A stretch of DNA of 64,000 nucleotides from Candidatus Roizmanbacteria bacterium (GCA_038127095.1 JAYPGZ010000003.1:23812-87811), one strand, 5' to 3'. Positions 28,345-39,282 are shown, counted from the first letter of the stretch. Numbers and translations are program-made. The notes: generated from the letters alone by a model not told the origin.

Positions 28345-29187
28345 TTACTTACTTTTCTTTCCTGAAAATATTCGGGAAAGTAACCCGATCATCATGCCGG
28401 TATCGTAGTGAAGGTGAAATGGTATTGCGCGTGGTTCTTTTTTCTTAACCATGAGAACGACACCTTTAAGTACCGATGAAACAAGGTTTGCTCGAATAAA
28501 CGCTATTATATCTCCAAGTACACCGAACTTGTACGTTCGTCTTCCAATCCATGTTGCTTGGTGAAGTACTTCTTCGTATGATTCAGGGTTATAGTGGTAA
28601 TACTGTGCCCCTTTGGCATTGGTTGGCGGATATCCAAGTTTTTTTGCTAAACTCCATGTATCGGTATATCCAGTATTGTCAAAACCACCTACCCGGTTGA
28701 ATTCAGATGCTAGAATTGCTCTGAAATCTTCACCAGTGTTGCCTTTTTGCGATACTCGATATCTATCAGGTAACTGAGGATTATTAACCCAATTCCATAA
28801 TCGAGCCAGAGGTTTATCCCAATTTTTTACATATTCGAGTTTTGAGTATGTACCTTTTGATTCACCTTTATTAATAGGTAGTACAAGCTTGCTTATGAAA
28901 TTCGTTTCAAACGTCATATCGGCATCAAGAAATACAAGAATTTCGCCTTTTGCTATGGCAGCGGCCTTGTTGCGACTTTTTGCAGTTCCTAGGTGGTCAT
29001 TTTTTATTATTTTAATTGGAAATTTCTTCGCAATCGAAACAGTGGTGTCATGTGAACCATCATCGGTGAGGATAATTTCATATAATCCATAGTCCTGCTT
29101 TTGTAATGATGAAAGGCACTCCCCTATCCGCAAAGCTTCATTATATGCCGCAATGATAATACTTACTTTTTTATTTTTCTGTGACAT
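28345..29187 (-). CDS. GT2 glycosyltransferase
   Basis: KVSIIIAAYNEALRIGECLSSLQKQDY..EIILTDDGSHDTT...FLDADM. Confidence 0.88.
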   Translation of the reverse strand: MSQKNKKVSIIIAAYNEALRIGECLSSLQKQDYGLYEIILTDDGSHDTTVSIAKKFPIKIIKNDHLGTAKSRNKAAAIAKGEILVFLDADMTFETNFISKLVLPINKGESKGTYSKLEYVKNWDKPLARLWNWVNNPQLPDRYRVSQKGNTGEDFRAILASEFNRVGGFDNTGYTDTWSLAKKLGYPPTNAKGAQYYHYNPESYEEVLHQATWIGRRTYKFGVLGDIIAFIRANLVSSVLKGVVLMVKKKEPRAIPFHLHYDTGMMIGLLSRIFSGKKSK

Positions 29188-30634
29188 AAATAGTTATTGA
29201 ACCTGACTTATATTTCTTTGCTTGTGTTAAAAATTCTGTTCCAAATTCACGTGATTCCCATGTACTTAGTTTCTTTATATCATATTCTGGTTTTTCGCTA
29301 AATATTAAGAGTTTTTGCGAAGTCTTGTAAGTGAATTCCGAATCGGGTTTAAAGCCATTTTTTTGTAAATAGAATCGATATTCAAAGCCATTGGGCGAAA
29401 GTAAATCGGGTTGCGTAACTTGAATAACATTAAAGCTTTCCCCCGGCTGAAGTAGTTTATGCTCACGTACATAATCGACGGCCTGCTCATATGTCTGATA
29501 TTTACGCCACGAATTGTCATATATTTCTTTTGGAATATTAGCAAGTTCAATTGCAAGGAAAATGACGAGCATAATGTGCCATTTTTGTTTAAGAAAAATA
29601 ACGATAGTAGTAAAAAGTAGTAATAATATTGTGGCAAATAAATAATGATAAATAAATTGAAAGCGCATAAAAAGTGCCATGAAAATAAGTGACAAAAGAC
29701 TGCTCAAAAGCAATAATCTATCTTTTCCGGTAAATCGTTTTAAAACATGGTTTACTCCTGCAATAGTAAAAAGTGCAAGCGGATTCACTGCAGTAAACTT
29801 CTGCATTGCGCTGCTAATGAAGATAAAGTTTTCAAGTGGATTTTTTTTACCCGTAATACCACCAGGAATGTTGCTATTCTTAATCCATAGTAGATATGAT
29901 TTATCGATAAATGTATTTTTTAACATTACAAAATTGTGTTTTAATTCAAACAGTATGAGGGGAAAAAAAGCCAGAGGAATTCCTAGAAAATACCAAAATA
30001 CGGTGCGTTTTTTCTTAAGATCGTTAAGTAAAAGCAGTGCTGAAAATACAATGACACTCCCTACTACCAGATGAAATGTTATTAGTATTCCAGCCAGAAA
30101 ACCCAATAGAAGAAGTTGTTTAGTATTTGTAATCTTATAAAAGTATAAAATTACTAACAATAGTAAAAGCAACGGAATGTAGGTGAAAGCATTACTGGGA
30201 TTACGGGACGCTATTAAGTAATACGGAGAAAATAATAGTACTAGCACTCCGAGCATACTTTCATAAAGAGAAAATCTTTTGGCGAGTTCGTAAGAAAAGT
30301 ACCCAAGGCCAAAAGCAAAAAGCGCGGTATTAAAATATAAAAGAGCGTTAATTGAGTATTGTGTAATAGCAAAAACCGGAAGCAATAGATAGTAGTAATA
30401 CGGGCCTGAATATATGCCTCCAAAGGTAAGCTTAGGACCAACAAGCATAATTTTTCCCTGTGAAATGCGTGTTATGTCAAAAACATCACGAGCAAAGTCA
30501 GGATGAAAAATGAATGAAGAAGGTAGTTTATATGAAAGTATAAAAAATGAAAAGCATGTTATAGTAAGTGGAAAAATGTATTTTCGACCAGATGTGTTTT
30601 TATAGAAGTAATACAATCTCGACAGTACGTTCAT
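29171..30634 (-). CDS. GT-C-like polytopic membrane glycosyltransferase (ArnT/PMT-like)
   Basis: 487 aa with more than 10 TM helices by eye and a C-terminal soluble domain. It is embedded between GT2 genes with overlapping stops and starts. No catalytic motif verified. Confidence 0.55.
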   Translation of the reverse strand: MNVLSRLYYFYKNTSGRKYIFPLTITCFSFFILSYKLPSSFIFHPDFARDVFDITRISQGKIMLVGPKLTFGGIYSGPYYYYLLLPVFAITQYSINALLYFNTALFAFGLGYFSYELAKRFSLYESMLGVLVLLFSPYYLIASRNPSNAFTYIPLLLLLLVILYFYKITNTKQLLLLGFLAGILITFHLVVGSVIVFSALLLLNDLKKKRTVFWYFLGIPLAFFPLILFELKHNFVMLKNTFIDKSYLLWIKNSNIPGGITGKKNPLENFIFISSAMQKFTAVNPLALFTIAGVNHVLKRFTGKDRLLLLSSLLSLIFMALFMRFQFIYHYLFATILLLLFTTIVIFLKQKWHIMLVIFLAIELANIPKEIYDNSWRKYQTYEQAVDYVREHKLLQPGESFNVIQVTQPDLLSPNGFEYRFYLQKNGFKPDSEFTYKTSQKLLIFSEKPEYDIKKLSTWESREFGTEFLTQAKKYKSGSITIYVTEK

Positions 30635-31419
30635 ACAAATAATTTAAAAATATTGTTTACTAACAATACGAATTTTCCACGATGTTTTTTAATATAAGCA
30701 CTTCGAGCACCTGTATAGTGCTCATTCTTTTCATAAAGATTCTGATCGGCACTTTTACCACCAAGGTGAGTAATAGTTATAGACGGAACATAAAGAATAG
30801 AGATTTTTTCTTTGAATAATCGATAACAAAAATCAATATCTTCAAAGTACATAAAAAAACTGTCTTCATCTAATAGGCCCACTTTTTCGAAGACAGACTT
30901 ATTAATTAAAAGCGCTGCGCCTGTAGCAAAATCGACACGTGCATTTATTCGTGATGAAATATGAGCGAAGCGCGGGCGTGCTAATAGCCAGTTAATGATT
31001 CCTTTGTGTGGGGTATCAAAAAAACCCACCGACTCCTGAATGCTTTTATCACCATTTATAAGTTGCGGAGCTCCAACGAGTGCATGTGCCAATTCACACT
31101 CAGTAACCAGATTAAGTATATCTTTGGCCGAAGTTATTGTGTCGCTATTTAATAATAATACCCACTCCCCTTTTGCTCGTTTAATTCCAATGTTATTTGC
31201 ACCTGAAAAACCGAGATTATGATCTTGAGGTACGTATATAAGTGATTTAAATGTTGGAAGTTTTTTTTCAATAGACCTTGTAGAACTATTATCAATAAGT
31301 ATAATCTCGATTTGAGAATTCTCTCCAATTCTTTCAATGAGATCTAACACCAGTTGGTCAGTATGAAAGTTTACGATAACAACTGAGACTTTTGGAGTTT
31401 TCGTTTGTAATATTGCCAT
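30631..31419 (-). CDS. GT2 glycosyltransferase
   Basis: KVSVVIVNFHTDQLVLD...IILIDNSS...LLNSDT...FMYFEDIDFCYR. Confidence 0.88.
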   Translation of the reverse strand: MAILQTKTPKVSVVIVNFHTDQLVLDLIERIGENSQIEIILIDNSSTRSIEKKLPTFKSLIYVPQDHNLGFSGANNIGIKRAKGEWVLLLNSDTITSAKDILNLVTECELAHALVGAPQLINGDKSIQESVGFFDTPHKGIINWLLARPRFAHISSRINARVDFATGAALLINKSVFEKVGLLDEDSFFMYFEDIDFCYRLFKEKISILYVPSITITHLGGKSADQNLYEKNEHYTGARSAYIKKHRGKFVLLVNNIFKLFV

Positions 31420-32651
31420 AGTAATTCATTACCAATGATACCAGAAAAAATAAGCGCGGTTAGGCCCCAAACAATTCCTTGTAGTGGACCCAGTTGCGAA
31501 CTAATTAAATTTCCAATCCCAAACCCCATCACCATAGACCCAACATTAATAGTTCCAACAAGGTATCTTTTTTTGAGCGCCACCAATGGTTGCATAAAAA
31601 TAGCATTTACGCCCCAGCCGATTGATGGGATTACAAAGAGCGGAATTAATGAGCTCGTTACTTGAGCGTCATGCTTTGTGAATTGACCCCCAACAAAAAC
31701 TAATGAAACGATGATAGGAGCAATAAAGACTATAATTACTGTGATTGCAATTGAAATAAGTATGGCCCCGATTTTTGCTTTTCTAACGGTAGAAAACGCT
31801 TTATTGAGTTCCTGTTTGTTAAAGTACTCTACCAAATGTGGTAAAAGCATAACTTGCACTCCTATAGTTGCAACACTAGTCGCGAGTGAAAATATTTTTG
31901 TCACTAAGTTTAGATAAACTAAATAACCACTTGGTAAATCTGCTCCTATTGACCGAATTAGTATTGCATCAGAGCGCATAGCAAAATTTCCAACGATTAA
32001 TGGAAACCACGTTAAAAGCAATGCGATAGGATTGGAAAATAATGGCGTGGTTGAAAGTAGCTCTTTTGGAATAACGAACGCAATTTGTATAAGAATGTTG
32101 ACTACAAAAGCACTAATAAGCGCCCATGTACCAAATAGAGGAGCAAGTACAACTATTATGAGAATATTTACCAAACTTCCGACTAGCTGAGCAATAGGAA
32201 ATCTCACAAAATCTTTTCTTTCATAAAAATAGCTCCCTAAAATTGTTGCACTTACTGCAAGTGGAATACTTAAAAATAAAAATCGCATTTGAAAAGAGAC
32301 TTGTGCTACGAATTCTGCCCCGCGTGGAGCGTACAAAAGCAAGCTAATAGGATCTGAAAAAAAGCTTAGCATTGCTGATGCGAAAAAAGATATTCCTGTT
32401 AGGCTGAGTAAATTTCCTAATAGATATTCTTCTTTCTCACCATGTTCTTTCGAAGCAAGTTCGGGTAGAAATGTATCATTTAAAGTCGCATAGATGATGG
32501 TTACTATGACGGTTGGAATAGCGACTGCAGCTAAAAAAATGTCAAGTGAAAGGGATGCGCCATATACACGTGTAACAACTATTTGGCTAACCAATTGTAC
32601 AAAAGTGCTTAGAGCAAAGATTATTGTTGTAGTGAATCCTTTTTTTATCAT
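31371..32651 (-). CDS. MOP-superfamily flippase, MurJ/MviN-like
   Basis: 426 aa with ~12 TM helices. The N-terminus VSQIVVTRVYGASLSLDIFLAAVAIPTVI resembles the MurJ signature (G..R....A..fG....DaF..A..iP). Confidence 0.5.
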   Translation of the reverse strand: MIKKGFTTTIIFALSTFVQLVSQIVVTRVYGASLSLDIFLAAVAIPTVIVTIIYATLNDTFLPELASKEHGEKEEYLLGNLLSLTGISFFASAMLSFFSDPISLLLYAPRGAEFVAQVSFQMRFLFLSIPLAVSATILGSYFYERKDFVRFPIAQLVGSLVNILIIVVLAPLFGTWALISAFVVNILIQIAFVIPKELLSTTPLFSNPIALLLTWFPLIVGNFAMRSDAILIRSIGADLPSGYLVYLNLVTKIFSLATSVATIGVQVMLLPHLVEYFNKQELNKAFSTVRKAKIGAILISIAITVIIVFIAPIIVSLVFVGGQFTKHDAQVTSSLIPLFVIPSIGWGVNAIFMQPLVALKKRYLVGTINVGSMVMGFGIGNLISSQLGPLQGIVWGLTALIFSGIIGNELLWQYYKRKLQKSQLLS

Positions 32652-34141
32652 AGTCCCCAGCTATATATGCTAATTCCCCATCTGTCTGCTTCATTATACG
32701 GTAAATTCTGCACATCAAACTCATGTTTTAAAGTGTTTCGAATGTGCTGTTGTAAATCATATGGAGTTAAGCTTTCCCAATTTTCTACAATTACAACTCC
32801 TGATTGGTATCTTTTTTTTACACCCTCAAAACCACTAATGGTGCCAATCATAGGTTCGTTGAAAGTTGGATCAATGCTTTTTTCATTTTTCACTAAGAAT
32901 ATATATTTTTTTCCTGGTAAGTACCATGGGATACGATCATTCCATGCATCCATTAATATGAGTGACTTTTTTCCTTCTATTAGCACCGAAATTTTTTCAA
33001 ATGCTTTTTGATAATCTAGAATTGGATTCTCGCGCATGTCCCCATTTATGGTGTAAAAAAAGCGCGCAGACATAAGAATTTTGTCTTTTTTTATTGGAAT
33101 AAATAGAAAAAGCCCGGAGAAAAAGAAAAAGAATAGAATATAAAATCGTTTTTTAGTTAGGTACTTTGCAGAGTATGTGCTCAGTCCGTCCATTCCCACA
33201 CTGAATAATATGTATAGTAATGGGAATGCAGGTAAGCAATATCGAACATATGAAGCATTAATTTTAAATATCGATAATACTAATATCATTCCAATAAAAC
33301 CAGTCAATGCAATGGTAACTCTCTTTTGGATGGTGTACAAATACAGAGTCCCAAATCCAGCCCCTAAAAGAAGCCAATCGTAATTTGCACGTAAGAAAAC
33401 TCGATAGTGAAGTGTGTTGGTGTTTACTTTAAAAACGAATGCAAGTAAATCTGCCATATTGCGGCCAATTGCAAAATATATTAAGAAGAACGTAACAAAT
33501 CCAAGTGGAATAATGGAAAGTAAGTACCACCATTTTTTGGCGATCAAGCTTTTATAAGAAAAAATACAGAATAGAAAAATTATGTTGAAGAATCCAATGG
33601 GGTGAAATAAGTAAGAAATCGCTGCGAGTGTTGCTGCGATTAGGAAATGCCTATCAAAAATTATCTCTTTTTTCTCGAGCGACTTGATGCCAAGATAAAA
33701 GACTAATAGCGAAAAAAGCTCAAGCCAAATGTAGGGTCGTAATTGAGTTGACCATGCAAGTTGAATTTGTGAAAAAGCCATTATGAAACTGGCCAAAATC
33801 GCTGGCAATTCTTTTCGAGTAATACTTTTCGTTACTAAGTATATTACTGCTATAAGGATTGTCCCTACCAACACTGACGGTATTCGACCTGCTGTTTGAG
33901 AAATCCCCAGAAGTTTGAAACTAGCGCCTGTTACATAATATAAACCAATTTGGTATATGCCCCGTCCTCGTCCATCTGTGTCGTGAGGAAGTCCTGTTTG
34001 AGAAACTCCTCGGGAATATATTGCGGCATGGGATTCATCATTCCAGTACGAAAGATTTTTTTGTATACCAACAACCCGAAAGTAAAATCCTATCAATACG
34101 AGAAGTAGTACGATAAAAGCTGAGATTTTTTTAGTATCCAT
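32648..34141 (-). CDS. GT-C-like membrane glycosyltransferase (GT39/GT83-like)
   Basis: 497 aa and polytopic. The first-loop acidic motif YWNDESHAAIYSRG is typical of ArnT/PMT-type enzymes. C-terminal soluble domain present. Confidence 0.6.
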   Translation of the reverse strand: MDTKKISAFIVLLLVLIGFYFRVVGIQKNLSYWNDESHAAIYSRGVSQTGLPHDTDGRGRGIYQIGLYYVTGASFKLLGISQTAGRIPSVLVGTILIAVIYLVTKSITRKELPAILASFIMAFSQIQLAWSTQLRPYIWLELFSLLVFYLGIKSLEKKEIIFDRHFLIAATLAAISYLFHPIGFFNIIFLFCIFSYKSLIAKKWWYLLSIIPLGFVTFFLIYFAIGRNMADLLAFVFKVNTNTLHYRVFLRANYDWLLLGAGFGTLYLYTIQKRVTIALTGFIGMILVLSIFKINASYVRYCLPAFPLLYILFSVGMDGLSTYSAKYLTKKRFYILFFFFFSGLFLFIPIKKDKILMSARFFYTINGDMRENPILDYQKAFEKISVLIEGKKSLILMDAWNDRIPWYLPGKKYIFLVKNEKSIDPTFNEPMIGTISGFEGVKKRYQSGVVIVENWESLTPYDLQQHIRNTLKHEFDVQNLPYNEADRWGISIYSWGL

Positions 34142-37100
34142 TTATTCTTCTTGTTTCAGGGTCAAGGTCCTTTAATTGTTTAAAAAATTCATCATCTATG
34201 GGAGTGAATTCTGTACCCCGAGGTATTAGTAGAATTTTGAAAATTTTGCTGGTGGCATAAATATGGCGCCCCTCGTAGTTACTCGGCTTTACAATTCTAA
34301 ATTGCATAGGACCTGTTGGCCACGATAAAGGTGCTTCAAAGATTATTTTGTTGTTTGTCCATACTTCAGTTTGTACTTCACCATATTGGTTTTGTAAAAT
34401 TGAGCCATCTTGTTCTTTCCATCCAAAATTATCGCCCCAAATGATAACTTTAGTGGATGGATATATAATTGATGGTTCAACCTTTTTTATAACAGGATCA
34501 AATGAAAAACGATTAATCTTGCTATCGATCTTTTTAAATATAAAAAAGCAAATGCTTAATAATACGACAGTAATTGCGATTTTAATCCATAGTACTATCC
34601 AATCTCGAGGCGTTTTATTTTTCATTCCGTAAATTCGAATAATCCAATAGCGGGTTTTTTCAAGCGTGCCATGTAAGAACCATAGTGATTTGGAAAGAAT
34701 GGTGTTGTGGTGTTTTTCAAAGTATGCAATATCTTGATTTACCTTTTTGGAAAACATTTCAAATGTGTCGGTTCGTTCAACTTCAATGTAGTCGTACACA
34801 AGAGAATAAATACCAATGAATGCAATAAACATGATCGTCCATACACCAAGTTTGTCTGCTAAATAAATAAATGATGCAAGTCTATTAACAATAATTAAGA
34901 AAAGAAAAAATGCAGCCATATACATGTTGATCTTTGGATTAAGTTTATACGCGATGCTTGTAATCAGCCAAAAAAACGCGAATGCAACAATATACAGATC
35001 GTGATATGCACGTGGATCGATAAAGTCAAAAATTATCATCAAGAGGGTTATTACTAAAAATAGCAATCGATACTCTATTTTGATTTTTCCAAACTGTTTT
35101 GGTTTGAACCGCATAAAAAGCGATGCAACGATGCGATGAGGTGATAACATATTGGGTTGATTATCAAACGAGCTTGAAGGTGTACGAGCTCGCGTCAACC
35201 ACAATCCCCAAATAAGCAAAAGTACTAAAATCGATATGTACACTATCTTCATTTGCTCATACAACAATTGTGGCGAATATCTTAAGTAAAGCGTTGGGTA
35301 CTTGCGTACTTCATCCTGTGGGAAAATCCATAAATTAGCAAAACAATTTGATTTTTGATGATTGTGTTGTATCGTTACGGGTCGAGCAAAAATGCTCCTC
35401 GAATCATACCAAGACCATCCGGTATTAAATGTTTCTGCTAAAAACAATGCGGTATTGGAACTTGAATTTACATCAAAGTCAACTCGATACTCGGTGTTAC
35501 CGAGTCTGGTAATTTTTGGCTTTGAAGTTGCAACGTCTCCTGCAAGCGAGGATACGTTTTGATGAATGTACGCACTTTTAGAAAAATCCGATTTTTTGTG
35601 TTTTTTGAAAAAAACCGAACAATCAGAAGGTCCTGAATATATTTCGTTCACCACCCGTAGTCGCTCAAGCACATCGGATTTTTTAACAGCAAAAATATTT
35701 ACTCCATCAAAATTCAATTCGCTACTCATATCGAGAATGTTATCTACGGTGTTGCTTCCGACTAAGACCTGATTATCTTGATCTGCTACATCAAGCTTGT
35801 CTAAAACATATTCGACTGAGGCCATTTTTGCCAGCTGTGGTGTAAGATTTTTTAAAAAGTTCTGAGTAATGTATTTATCTTCTTCGCTATTATATTGACT
35901 GTTTATAATATCTCCATAAATGTAGTAGTCATCTGGGTATCCGATAAAATAAAAAGGTCTCCAGTCTTGAATAATGGTTCCTCCATCGTCTATGCGAGCA
36001 GGTACTACGAGTACTCGCTTATCTTGCGTATTTTGTTTGGTCCATTGCTGAATGGTATTCCAGTAAGGAGGGACATTTGCATCACTTATTTTCCAAGAAA
36101 TATTACGGTGATCTATTACAAGGCCAAGGGCAAGTGGAATAAGTTGAAATATAAAAAGAAATGTTAGTAGGTAGAGTACGATTTTTTTTGTTCGCTCGTA
36201 TGTTGTGGTATATAAATATACAATACTAATATATATTGCAAACATGAAATTAACAATGAATTTTGCCCACGGTTCACGAAATACCCGAAGCAAACTAATG
36301 TTTTGATATGCTTTTTCAAACAATGCTCCAAAAGGCATTGCGCCACCTTTTACAAAAAATAATAGAAGCAGGGTGAGCGCGATCAGTTTATTTCTCAGTG
36401 ATATATTTTCTCTTTTTTGCTCGACAATAAGAAACAAAAATAAGGCAAAAGGAATGTAGGAAATAATAATACCGGGAAATGAATGGTAATACGGACCGAT
36501 ATGATTATAAAGAAGTCCACCGCTTCCGGCATAGTCCCACCATGCGCCAAAAAAACGCATAATTTCATAGGCTACCGCTTTTGTTGCACTAAAAACTTCT
36601 TTAAAAACATCATATGAGAATACTTGTGCGCTATAACGAATCACGATTGAATTTAATGCGAATACCAGCAGCACATTTAATACAAAGGGAGTAAGGAAAA
36701 GAATGATGTAGGGAATATTTTTCCGCTGCAAATTAAAAAACGCGATGTATATAAATATAAATGCATATGCCCCTACCATTTGTGGTGGATTGATACCAAT
36801 ACCCAAAAACAAGCCGAGTAGCATTGTATTTAAAATAAAATAAATCAATTTTTTAGTGTCTATAAACTGCAACCAGAAATAGAGCGTCATGGGTAGTATG
36901 ATGACTTGCAACATTTTTGGAGTGGTAGTAATAGTTGCATAGTAATTATATGTCGTTACATAAACCAAGCTCATCATTATAGATAAACCTCTTTCTCCAG
37001 AGATTTTTTTAAATGCTAAGTAACTGAACAAAATCGTTGTAAAAATAATGGTGTAGTAAAAGAACATTTCTGCATGCAGATTTGAAAGTCCAAAATACGA

Positions 37101-37343
37101 AGTGATTTTCCAAAATGTTCCGGTGGTAAAAATATTAAAATGATTTGATGTTATTGCGCCAAAATTTTTTGTAGTTTCCCATATCGTTTCATAACGATAA
37201 TTTACAAAGTCATAGTTCAAAAATCCTCGTTCTTCTCCATAGAACTGGTAGCCTTTATCAAAAAGTCGATAAACAAAGAACAGCGGGAATAATAGGATAA
37301 TAAGGGCTGGATAAATCTTTATCAGAAAATTCTTCATGACCAT
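34131..37343 (-). CDS. giant (1070 aa) GT-C-like membrane protein with central ectodomain, second TM block and C-terminal IPT/TIG-like domain
   Basis: Layout: ~13 N-terminal TM helices, a ~300-aa soluble region, ~7 more TM helices, then VIKKVEPSIIYPSTKVIIWGDNFGW...VQTEVWTNNKIIFEAPLSWPTGPMQFRIV (IPT/TIG pattern). It resembles AftD/DUF3367-type arabinofuranosyltransferase architecture; this is from memory and unverified. Confidence 0.55.
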   Translation of the reverse strand: MVMKNFLIKIYPALIILLFPLFFVYRLFDKGYQFYGEERGFLNYDFVNYRYETIWETTKNFGAITSNHFNIFTTGTFWKITSYFGLSNLHAEMFFYYTIIFTTILFSYLAFKKISGERGLSIMMSLVYVTTYNYYATITTTPKMLQVIILPMTLYFWLQFIDTKKLIYFILNTMLLGLFLGIGINPPQMVGAYAFIFIYIAFFNLQRKNIPYIILFLTPFVLNVLLVFALNSIVIRYSAQVFSYDVFKEVFSATKAVAYEIMRFFGAWWDYAGSGGLLYNHIGPYYHSFPGIIISYIPFALFLFLIVEQKRENISLRNKLIALTLLLLFFVKGGAMPFGALFEKAYQNISLLRVFREPWAKFIVNFMFAIYISIVYLYTTTYERTKKIVLYLLTFLFIFQLIPLALGLVIDHRNISWKISDANVPPYWNTIQQWTKQNTQDKRVLVVPARIDDGGTIIQDWRPFYFIGYPDDYYIYGDIINSQYNSEEDKYITQNFLKNLTPQLAKMASVEYVLDKLDVADQDNQVLVGSNTVDNILDMSSELNFDGVNIFAVKKSDVLERLRVVNEIYSGPSDCSVFFKKHKKSDFSKSAYIHQNVSSLAGDVATSKPKITRLGNTEYRVDFDVNSSSNTALFLAETFNTGWSWYDSRSIFARPVTIQHNHQKSNCFANLWIFPQDEVRKYPTLYLRYSPQLLYEQMKIVYISILVLLLIWGLWLTRARTPSSSFDNQPNMLSPHRIVASLFMRFKPKQFGKIKIEYRLLFLVITLLMIIFDFIDPRAYHDLYIVAFAFFWLITSIAYKLNPKINMYMAAFFLFLIIVNRLASFIYLADKLGVWTIMFIAFIGIYSLVYDYIEVERTDTFEMFSKKVNQDIAYFEKHHNTILSKSLWFLHGTLEKTRYWIIRIYGMKNKTPRDWIVLWIKIAITVVLLSICFFIFKKIDSKINRFSFDPVIKKVEPSIIYPSTKVIIWGDNFGWKEQDGSILQNQYGEVQTEVWTNNKIIFEAPLSWPTGPMQFRIVKPSNYEGRHIYATSKIFKILLIPRGTEFTPIDDEFFKQLKDLDPETRRINGY

Positions 37344-38353
37344 TATTGATTCATTTTTGGGATACCATATGCAATAAGTGATGCAAATTTAGAAATGCGT
37401 CGATCTACGCGTTTATAAATTTCCTCGTCACTTACTTTTCGCATCTTTTGAACTTTTGCTCGTTCCCGTAGTGAATCAACTAAATTCAGTATATTCCAAA
37501 CTATTGCATTATGCAAAGCCAAAAAACCCGCAATATTGCCTTTAAGTAAGTATAAAAAGCCTTCCCCCGAGGCTAGAACCACCGATCCGGGCAGTTGCCA
37601 GATCAGATTCTTTAATTCAGCATTTTTTATTAGTGTTCGTAAATTATTTTTTTGCGCATCGTAGCGACGTCGCAGCGAAGTTGCATACGTTCCCTCTTTG
37701 ACTTGAGTGGAAACAGAAGTCCCCCCTGCGTAATGGTACACATATATTTTAGGTAAAAAATATACTGTATTTCCAAGCAAGCGAGCTCGCCAAGCTAAGT
37801 CTAGATCCTCAAGATAGATATAAAAGCGATCATCAAATCCCCCGATTTTGAAAAATAAATCTTTCCTAATAATCATTGCTGCTGCATCGGCATAAAACGG
37901 ATTTTCATCTTTTCCCGACCATATGGGATATCCAAATCGATCTATTTGAAATGTGCACGCTTCCCCTTTCAAATTTGTTTTATCGTAACGACGTATATCA
38001 AGTTGTGCAATTTTGTATCGGGGGTTTTTTTTAAGTACCCGTGCCAACTGTAAAAGTGTATTTTTTTCCAGGTAGGTATCGGCATTCAGAATGAATAGAT
38101 ACTCGCCCCGTGCCGACATTGCTCCTAAATTGTTTGCGCGTGCGAAACCTGCATTTGCGATGCTGTTTACAAATACACATTCGGGAAATTCATTTTGTGC
38201 ATACTCAAATGATTTGTCTGTTGATCCATCATTAACAAATATTATTTCGTAATCCGTAAATTTTTGTTCTCGGATTGATCCGATACATTTATCAAGCCAT
38301 CGCTTTGCATTGAAATTTGTAATTATTATTGATATTAGGGGCTGTTTCTTCAT
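37343..38353 (-). CDS. GT2 glycosyltransferase
   Basis: LISIIITNFNAKRWLDKCIGSIREQKFTDYEIIFVNDGSTDKS...ILNADT...YLEDLDLAWR. Confidence 0.88.
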   Translation of the reverse strand: MKKQPLISIIITNFNAKRWLDKCIGSIREQKFTDYEIIFVNDGSTDKSFEYAQNEFPECVFVNSIANAGFARANNLGAMSARGEYLFILNADTYLEKNTLLQLARVLKKNPRYKIAQLDIRRYDKTNLKGEACTFQIDRFGYPIWSGKDENPFYADAAAMIIRKDLFFKIGGFDDRFYIYLEDLDLAWRARLLGNTVYFLPKIYVYHYAGGTSVSTQVKEGTYATSLRRRYDAQKNNLRTLIKNAELKNLIWQLPGSVVLASGEGFLYLLKGNIAGFLALHNAIVWNILNLVDSLRERAKVQKMRKVSDEEIYKRVDRRISKFASLIAYGIPKMNQ

Positions 38354-39282
38354 ACAAGAGTTTTATAGTACTGTATTACCCGATTGATCCCCTCTTTTGG
38401 GGAAATCGATGGTTTCCATCCAGTTTTTTGTAACTTTGCTGTATTTGCAACAAAATTGCGTACTCCTACATGCTTATGGAAAGTGGGTGGATCAATTTCT
38501 TTAACTTTCGATTTGTTGCCGGTGCCCTTGAGCATGTATTCTATAAGTTGTTTAAAGTAAACGGGTTTGCCATAACCAATTAAGTATGTGTCGTTCGATT
38601 TTGAATTAAGAGAAATTACGGCTTTTGCAACGTCATCTACGTGGATATAATCTCGATAAAAGTTACCCCCTTTGTAAATTGGTAATTCGTTTCCCATAAC
38701 CGCCTGCATTATCAGCCAATTGAGTGCTCCTTTTTTCTTGTTATTAAAGTCTTCAGTTTCACCATATACATTGGTGAGCCGAACAATTAAATATGGAATG
38801 TCATAAATTGCATGATAGCTTTTTATAATACTTTCCGTACATAGTTTGGTTGCTGGATAAATTGCCAGAGGATTTGTTGCAGAAGTTTCGGATATTTTCT
38901 TATTTGTGTTTTCATACGTATTGCCATATACAAAGAATGTCGAAAAATAAACAATTTTCGGTTTTTTCTTAAGTTCTTTACACAATTCTAAAAGATGAAT
39001 GGTGCCAGTAATATTTGTCTCGACATCGATATAAGGATCTGTAAGAATGTTATAGTTATCAACAGTACTTGCGCAGTGGTAAATTATGTCAACATCCTTA
39101 ATATCTTCAACAGATAATTTTTGAATAGGTTTAAGAATAACGTTGAATTTGTTTGTGTCAATTCGATGGATGTGTTTTCTTGAACGGCTTACCAACGTTA
39201 CATTGCCTTTGAGTTGTTTGGCAAGTGTCGATCCAATAAGACCAAAACCACCGGTAATAAGATATTGCTTGTGAGCGCGCAT
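38350..39282 (-). CDS. NAD-dependent epimerase/dehydratase (extended SDR)
   Basis: ITGGFGLIGSTL Rossmann motif and YPATKLCTE (YxxxK). Confidence 0.85.
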   Translation of the reverse strand: MRAHKQYLITGGFGLIGSTLAKQLKGNVTLVSRSRKHIHRIDTNKFNVILKPIQKLSVEDIKDVDIIYHCASTVDNYNILTDPYIDVETNITGTIHLLELCKELKKKPKIVYFSTFFVYGNTYENTNKKISETSATNPLAIYPATKLCTESIIKSYHAIYDIPYLIVRLTNVYGETEDFNNKKKGALNWLIMQAVMGNELPIYKGGNFYRDYIHVDDVAKAVISLNSKSNDTYLIGYGKPVYFKQLIEYMLKGTGNKSKVKEIDPPTFHKHVGVRNFVANTAKLQKTGWKPSISPKEGINRVIQYYKTLV

